This document shows, one piece after another, positions 31,401 to 40,400 of a stretch of 64,000 bases of DNA (position 1 is its first letter; every line of letters begins with the position of its first letter). The position numbers and the translations under genes are program-made. Below the pieces are notes generated by a model. The model did no database searches. It had not been told where the DNA came from and worked only from the letters and a program-made list of their open reading frames with translations. The DNA is taken from the IMG/VR virus record IMGVR_UViG_3300034159_000040. The stretch is one strand, 5' to 3'. This DNA is from an uncultured virus (IMG/VR IMGVR_UViG_3300034159_000040). Its lineage: Duplodnaviria > Heunggongvirae > Uroviricota > Caudoviricetes.

Positions 31401-34400
31401 TAGCATCCTGACCGGCGCCCGGTCCGATGTGGGCTACGGGTTTGACACCAAGACCAAGCGCGGGCGTCTGGATGCCGCCGCGGCGTTCCTGGAGAACGAC
31501 GGGTGGGAGTTCCCGAAGTACGGCATCAAGCGTGAGACCGACTTCTACGACCAGGCCACGCAGTTGGGCGATTACTGGAAGCGCCCGCAAGAGCTGTGGG
31601 CGCGCTCCTGGGAGGCGTCGATCTATGACTGGATGGGCGCGGAGCGGCGCTCCGACTATCTGGTCAGCGATTTCGTGAAAGAGGGGCAGTACACCAAGGG
31701 CCTGATGTACAGCGGAACCCCCTACCCGACGGGGACTGAGCGGATCGCCTTCTCGGCCATGTGGCACGAGATGCTCAAGCACGTCACTTGGGTCGACGGC
31801 AAACCCAAGGCGCTGGGCAGTTTTCAAGACCCGCTGACCGCACAACGCGACGCCATCCGTGCGCTTGCCGAGGAGTTGAAGGCCGACCTGCGCGCGCGCT
31901 ATGCCGCGCTCAACGGGATCGAGTCCGCAGATAAGCACTATTGGTATGCGTATACTGAGGACAGACGCGGGCCGGGCGCGCAACCGCCAGGCTTTGCCGC
32001 CTACGACGACGCGCATCGCCAGGGCGAGGCAACCGAGGCCCTGGGCGCGGTCGCCTACCTGGAGCCGCTGGGACCCGAGGAGATCAACTCCTTCCTGCTG
32101 GAACCGTTCCAGCACGAGGCCGGGCCATCCACCACTTACTTGACCGAGGACGAACGTGGAAACCAAGTTGACCGGGTGGGCGCACCAGGTGTGGTTGGAT
32201 CTGAAGACCAACCGACCGGCGGCGTTCGCGGCCCTGGAGCAGGCGGGAACGCTGCGGGAGACCTGCGTGACGATTCAGGAAGCGGCGAAGGATCAGGGCG
32301 CGGAACTGACATCACGGGGACTGCCGTACAACCAGGCGATGGAACTGGTGTTCAACAACCTGCTGAGGGTCCCGACGGAACAGGAGGAACCGGAGACGCC
32401 ACTGCGATTCCGGCCACCGGCAATTTCTCCGTCACCCGCCCTGATGATTTGATCCCGTCCGGCAAGGCGGAAGCCTTCGCCGACAACATCCGCGCGATCC
32501 GCCTTCTGAAGGAGATTGAAGCCGCGGGGCGCATGGCCACGCCCGCCGAGCAGGCGATCCTGGTGCAGTTCCACGGCTGGGGCGGGATCGCCAATGAGTT
32601 GTTCAGCTACCGCCGGCTGGAACCGGCCTGGCAGCGGCGCTTTGATGCGCTGGAGCAACTGTTGAGCTACGAGGAGATGACCGCGGCGCGGGCCTCTACC
32701 GTCAATGCCAACTATACCGACCCGGCGGTGGTGCGCGCCATGTGGTCGACCCTGGAGCGGATGGGCTTCGCTGGGGGCAAGGTGCTCGACCCCTCCTGCG
32801 GCGTGGGCTACTTCTTCGCCATGATGCCCAAGGAGATGGAGGCGGCATCCAAACTGATGGCGATCGACCTTGATCCGATCTCAGCGCGCCTGGCGTCCCA
32901 GGTGTTGCAGCGCACCGCGGTCAAGCAGTCGGGGTTTGAGGATGTGAAGCTGCCCGAGCGCTACTTCGACCTGGTGGTCAGCAACGTCCCCTTTGCCGAC
33001 TTTGCCCCAGTCGACAAGAAGTACAACCCTGGCAAGCGTTTCCTGCACGACTACTTCTTCCTGAAGTCGATCGAGTTGGTACGCCCCGGCGGCATCGTTG
33101 CCTTCATCACCTCGCGCGGGACCCTGGACAAGATCGCCAAGGGCGGCCCCGAGGTGCGCGCGGCCCTGGCCGCCAAGGCCGACCTGATCGGCGCCGTGCG
33201 CCTGCCCGAGAACGCCTTCAAGGAAGCGGGCATGACCACGGTCACCACCGACATCATCTTCCTGCGGCGCAAGGCCGGGGACAAAACTGACCTGACCGAG
33301 ACCTGGGGCGAGTCCCAGCCGATGGAGTTGGCAGGCATGGAGGACGTGCGCGCGGTGACGCTCGACAAGGAGGCCGGAGACGAGCGCGGCACCTACGGCC
33401 AGAAGACCGCCAACGTCAACGAGTATTACCACCGCCACCCCGAGCAGATGGCAACCCGCATGATTTGGCGTGCCGGGCGCTACGGCAACGCCTACGAACC
33501 GGCGATGGAGCCCAGCGACCAACCGATCGGCGAGACGGTACTGCCGCTGCTGGCCCGACTGCCGGGTGCCGTCATGATGGAGGAGGGCCAGGCCGCCTTT
33601 GCCGACGAGTCCATGTACGCGGTGTCGGCGGAAGTGGGCGACGTGAAGGACGGCGGCTTTGCCGAGCACGAGGGTGCCTTGTGGGTGAAGCGCGAAGGGA
33701 TGCTCTACCCGCTTGATCCGCCGCTCAAGGCCGACGACCAAGCGCGCGTGCGCGGTTACCTGGAGGTCATGAAGGGGCGGCGCGCGGTGCTCAACGCCGA
33801 GCTGCGCCAAGCCGACGACCAGGAGTTGAAGCGCCTGCGCCAGGGGCTACGCAAGCAGTATGACGCCTTCGTTAAGGCGCACGGGCCGCTCAATCTCAAG
33901 GAGAACGCCAAGGCGTTTTGGTCCGATCCGGACGCCCCGGCGGTGCTCGCCCTGGAGCATTGGGATGCCGAGGCGCAGAAGGTCGGGCGCCTGGCCGATA
34001 TCTTCACCGAGCGGGTGGTGGCGATCCGGCAGGCCCCGACCCACGCCGACAGTCCGCTCGATGCGCTCGCCGCGGCGCTCAACTACCGCGGGCGCGTGGA
34101 CTGGAAGTACATGCAGTCGCTGACCGGCCAACCCTTCGAGGCGGTGCGCGAGGGGCTACGCGGGACGGTCTACAACGATCCGCTGGCCGGCTGGGTGACG
34201 GCCGATGCGTACTTGAGCGGAAACGTGCGCGAGAAGCTCACGGCAGCCAAGACCGCGGCCGAGGTGGATGACGCCTACCAGGAGAATGTCGCGGCACTGG
34301 AGGCGATCCAGCCGCCCGACCTGACCCCGCAAGAGATCCATGCCAACTTGGGCGCGAACTGGGTCCCGGCCGAGACGGTGCGCGACTTCGTGTCTCATCT

Positions 34401-37400
34401 GCTCGACCTGAACTACCGCGGGCAAGATGCGCTGATCGTCAGCTACGCCAGGCCGACCGGTAAGTGGCATGTGCAAATCGGCGGGGAGAACGGTGCGGCG
34501 GCCAATCGCAACCAGGCCGCCATCCTGTCATCGACGCCGGCGACCGTCACCTGGGGCACCAAGCGCGCCCATCTGCTGGACCTGCTGGATCTCGCGCTCA
34601 ACGGTGGGGTGCCGCGCGTCACTGATCCGGTGGAGTATTTCGAGGACGGCCGGCGCAAGGTCCGCCAAGTCGTCAACGAGGAACAGACCGAGGCGGCCCG
34701 CGCCAAACTGGAGGCGATCCGCGACGAGTTCCAACGCTGGACCTGGGCCGACCGCTACCGCTCCGAGGCCATGGGACGGGTCTACAACGACTTGCGCAAC
34801 GCCGAGGTGCTGCGCAAATTCCAGCATCCCTATTACGTCGCAGCAAAGCCACAGGAGGCATTCCCTGGCCAGAGTCCGCACGAGCAGTTGCGCGACTACC
34901 AAGCCGGCGCGGTGTGGCGCATTCAGCAGGACCTGGACGCCTACCTGGGACACGAGGTCGGAACCGGTAAGACCTTTGAGATGATTACCGCGGGCATGGA
35001 GTTAAAGCGCACCGGGGTGAAGAAGAAACCCATGTACGCGGTGCTTGGCTCCACCGTTGGGCAGTTCCGCGCCGAGTTCCTGCGGCTCTATCCGAACGCC
35101 AATATCCTGACGATCCATATTGGCGATAACGCCCGGCAGCGGCGGTTGGCGCTGGGTCGAATCGCCAACAACAATTGGGATGCGGTGATTGTCACCCATG
35201 AGAGCTTTAACCGGATTCCGGTATCTCCCGATACCGAGATGAAGCGGATCGCTCAGGAGTTGGAGGACCTGGAGGAGGCGTTGCGCGGTGCGCGCGAGAC
35301 GGACACCGGAGGGGGGAGTTGGTCGGCGCGCGGTAAGAAGCCACCGAGCCAGGCGGTCAAGGCCCTGGAGAAGGCCAAGAAGCGACTGGAATCCAAACTC
35401 AAGACGCTCGGCGATATTCGCGAGAAGGATCAGGGGACGAGCTTCGAGGATCTGGGCGTCGATATGCTGTTTGTCGATGAGGCGCAGGAGTACAAAAACC
35501 TAGCCTTCTATACCAAACTGCAAGGTCAGGTGAAAGGGCTCGGAAACCCCAAAGGATCGGGCCGCGCCTGGGGTTTGTTCATGAAGGCGCGCTACCTGCA
35601 AGACACCTTCGGCGGCGGCGTGGTGTTGGCGAGCGGGACCCCGGTATCCAATTCGGTCGCCGAGGTCTACACCATTCAGCGGTATCTGGACTATCCCGCG
35701 TTGCGCGCGTCCGGTCTGCATCACTTTGACCGTTGGGCATCGGAGTACGGCGACATTGGGGTCGCGTCCGAGTATGCCCCCGAGGGCGGCGGCTTCCGCG
35801 AGGTGGTGCGCTTCCGGCGCTTCTACAACGCCCCGGAGATGCTGCGCGCGGTCTATCGCCGGCTCGACGTGATGACCGCGGCCGAGGCCGGCGTGCCGCG
35901 TCCAGCGATGACGGGAGGGGCGCCCGAGCAGATCGTGGTGCCACAGACCCCGACCCTGGCGGCCTTCCAAGAGACGCTGATCGTGCGGGCGAAGCGGGTG
36001 CGCAAGAATCCGCGCCAAGCCTTGCCCGACAACATGCTGAACATCGTCACCGACGGGCGCAAGGCGGCGATGGATATGCGGATGATCGACCCGGCTAATC
36101 CCGATGAGGCCGACAGCAAGACCAACAAGGCGGTCGACACGGTGTTTCGCGAGTACCAGCGCACCACCGGGATTTCCGTGAAGGACCCGACTGACCCCAA
36201 GAAGACCATCAAAATCGATGGTGTTGCGTTGGTCTTTGCTGACCTTGGGGTGCCCAACAAAGAAGGGCGCTTCTCGATCTACGACGAACTGAAGAGGAAG
36301 TTAATCGAGCGCGGAATCCCGGCGGCAGAGATCGCCTTTGCGCAAGAGACCAGCGGCTCGACCGATGTGCGGCGAGCGGCGCGATTGGCGCAGCATGGGC
36401 GAGTGCGGGCCGGAAAGATCAGGGTCTATATCGGATCAACGTCGACCATGGGCACCGGGGTGAACGTGCAGACGCGCGTCTCCCTACTGCTGCACATGGA
36501 TGTCTGGTGGAACCTCTCCAACTGGCTGCAACGCAACGGCCGCGGTATCCGCTTCGGCAACCTGTTCAGTGAAGTGAAGGTCCTCAACATCGGTGCCGAG
36601 CGCACGGTGGACACCTTCGTCTGGGACAAGGTGCAGCAGAAGGGCATCATTGTCGACAAGATTCTCAGCAAGAACCTGATCGAGCGCACCATCGAGGACG
36701 TGTCGCAAGACACCATGAGCGCAGGCGAGGCGATGGCCGCCTTCAGTGGCGATCCACGCATCAAGCGCCGGGCTGACCTTCAGGCCGACGTGCGCCGCAT
36801 GGCGGCACTGGAACGCGCCTACCAAGAAGCCCGCCGCGATGTCTTTGGGCGACTCAATCGGGCGAAGGCATGGGTCAAGCAGGCTCTCGCCGAAACGCCG
36901 GAGCAGGGCGAATACCGCGACCAACTCGAAGACCTGACGATCGACGGCGGGCTCTTGATCTTCGAGCCCAAGCGGGCGACCGCCACCGCCTTTTCGTTCC
37001 AGGAAGATGCGCAGAACAAGCGGGCTGGCGATATCACCAAGGCGCTGATTGCTGCCTATCAAGGGCAGGCGAATAAGCTGCGGGCGCAAGACTCCGCGGC
37101 TTACGATCAGGCCGATAAGGATTGGCACGACAACCCGAAGAACAAAGGCACGTTGTTGCCCTGGTCCAATTATCCCACTCGCCATCATCTACCCCCGTTG
37201 TCGGTCGGAATCTTCGCCGGGCACGGGATCAGCGCCACCTGGACGGTGAAGGACAACACGCGCCTGGAACCGCACGCCGACGACTTCGTGTCGATCCTTG
37301 CCACCAAACGCGGCAGTTACGAGTTTGGCGCGGACACCACCCCGCGCACTTTGGCGCAGGGACTACTCGCGCACATCGAGGGGAAGAATCAGGACCGCAT

Positions 37401-40400
37401 TGTGGGTCTCAAGGAGGCGCAGCGCGAGATTCCGCGGTTGGAAGCTGAGTATTCAAAGCCTTTCGCGCAGGCCGACGAGTTGCGCGACAAGGCCGATGAG
37501 TTGGACCGGTTGACTGCGGACCTGCTGCTGTCCACCGAGGATAAGTCGGTCGTGGTCGATGCGGCAGCCGAAGAACAGGCGGATGCGGCGGACCAGGGCG
37601 AGGACGAGGAGTCTGTCGATGACCAGGGCGAGGCGCTTTTCTCGCTCGGCAACCTCCCCGGCGTGCCGACCCAGACCCGCACGCGGTCCCCAGACCTGCC
37701 GCGCCTGACGCAAGCCTTCCTCGACGCCAAACTGCAACCCCTGTTTGCCAAGCTCAAGGGGCTCTCGCGCGCGGCCGACCTCCGGGTGGTGCAGACGGAA
37801 GGGGAACTGCCCGCGGCGGCCGTGGCGGGGCTGCGCGAGGCTCGCAAGGCCAACCCGAGCGCGACGGCGAAGGCGGTGTTCATCCCCGGCGAGAAGGGCG
37901 CCAAGGGGACCATCTGGGCGGTGGCGGACAATTTGGCCGACGTGCGCGATGGGATAGTGACGGTCCTCAGTCATGAGGCGTTTCACAGTGGCTTACGCCA
38001 GGCGTTCGGCCCAACCCTCAACCCCTTCCTGGACGAGTTGATCGCCGACCGCCAGGCCGACGTTGCCCTGTACGCCCGCGCACGGGGTTTGTCCATGGAA
38101 AACCTGGACGAACGCCGGGAAGCGGCTGATGAGTTCCTGGCGCACCTGGCCGAGGTCAACGCCCAGGCCGACCTGCCCTTCCTGCGCCGGGTCTATGCCG
38201 CGATCCGGGCCTGGTTGCGCAAGGCCGGCTTCGTGCTGCACTTCTCCGACGCCGACCTGCGCGAGATCGTCGCCGGGGTGGCGCAGTACAACCGCACCGG
38301 GGAGGATCGGGTGCGGGCGCAGTTGCGGGCAAGGTTTGGGCAGATGGCCGGTGAGCGAACGGGCGGGTGGCGGTTCTCAACCGGGCGGGCCGATACCGAA
38401 TTTGCTCCCGAATACCTGGCTGACGTTGGAGTGGATAACCAGGCTGATCCGCGCCTTGTGCCATCATCCCAAGCCAAGGAGTTTGACGCAGGAAAGACGG
38501 TCACACTCTACCGCGCTATGTCGATGATCGACGGCAAACTGTATCCGCCAATGTCGGCGAAGATGACCGACGAGATGGGTAATCTTGCGCTGCGTAAGCC
38601 CGAGCCAGTCGGGAAGTGGATGCGTTCCGAGGAACGGCCGGACTTGGTTCCGACTGACGGGATGTATAAAGGGCAGTTCCCGCTTAAAAAGCCAGGTGGC
38701 GGGACGACGTGGGCACTGTATGCCCCTTACTTCCACGCTTCCCCTGTTCCATTGAATGACCAGTTCACTGCCGCATGGAAGAATGATGGGGTAGAGCGTC
38801 CCCAGCTTGTGACCGTGGAAGTCGAGGTTCCCATAAGCGAGATAACAAGCGGTTATCAAGCGGAAGGATCAGTCAAAAAAGTTGGACCAAACAAGTGGAA
38901 CAGCGGCGTGGTGGCGTCCAAGGTTCCCGGTGGGCGCGAGGTTGTGCTCTCTCGGTACCTGAGAATCAAGCGAGTCGTTCCTGACTCAGAGGTAGCGCAG
39001 AAGATTGCGGCGATCGTCAACAAGAACAGGCTGAGTATTCCTGAAAACACGGTCACGCCACAACTGCGCGCAGAGTTGGAGAAAAACGGCGTTCGCATTG
39101 CGCGGAAAGGAACCAAGGGTGATGACATCCGCTATGCCACCGGCCGGGCGGGGGAACCATCCGGAACCGCCGGAGAGTTCACCGAGTCCGCCTACCGCCC
39201 CGCCGTGGTGGCCTGGGCCAAGGCGCGCTTCGGCGAGCAGCGGGCACCGGATGGGGGGTTGGCGTGGCAGAACTTTGCGCGCTGGTTCGGCAATAGCGCA
39301 ATGGTCGATCAAGCGGGGGAGCCTGTTGCACTCTATCGCGGAGACAAAGACCCGACCTTCACGACATTTGAACCGGACAAGATGGGAACGAACACAAGAA
39401 CGGAAGGATCGAAAATAGGGTTCTTTTTCACTCCTAACCGGATGTTCGCGATTAGCCCCCAATACGGCGGCGAGGTGCGAGCGTTTTATTCAAATTCGGA
39501 AAATCCATATTTTGTAAAACTCAAAAACCGCCAGATCGAGACGCAACTATTATCTGATTCGGATAAGATCGACACCAACCCACAAAAAGTGAGATCGTGG
39601 TTATTGGATCGCGGGTACGATTCAGTGATGATAGAGGGGGCTACGGCCGACAAACACATGGAATTGATAATATTGAAGTCGGAAAACGTCAAGTCAGCGA
39701 CAGATAACACCGGAGCTTTCGGCCCCTCCCCCGACATCCGCTACGCCCTGGGCGGGGCGCCGGCCGGGCCGCGGGTCGCCAGCACGCCCACCCTCACTAG
39801 CCGCATTGCTGCCGCCTTTGAACGCTACGCCCCCTACGGCTACAACATCCCCGGCCGGGCCACGTCCAAGCGCGTGCGCGGCTGGGACAAGACCGTCGGC
39901 ACCCCGCGCAACCTGGCACTCAACCAGCCCGAGTTCCGGCCGGTCTATGACGGGCTGTCGCGCCAGGCCGACTCCAATTCGAGCTATGCCATGGAGGCCG
40001 AGGCGCTGGCCCCGCACTGGTTCACCCAGATGGAGCAGGGGCCGCGCGCAGCCTGGCGTTCGGCGAAGCTGGTGCGCGGGGCGATGAGCCCGCGCGAGCT
40101 GGCCGCGGTCCAACTGGCGCTCAACGAGGGGACGCTGGCCGAGCACCGCTACAGCCCCGCCGAGTTGCAAGCCCGCGGGCTCAACGCGCGCCAGGTCGCG
40201 AGCTACACCCAGGCGCTGGCCGCCACCCACCGCAGCCTCGACAGCACCGCGCAGACCTTCCAGGCCGGGGCGCTGCGCGCGCTGCTGGAGGAACTGCACC
40301 CCGATCTACCGCCCCCCGTGCGCCATGCGATGAGCGGGCGGCTGTCGCGCCTGATCCTGGGGGAGAACGTCGCGGAGGCCGCGAGCAACGCCGAGCAGGC

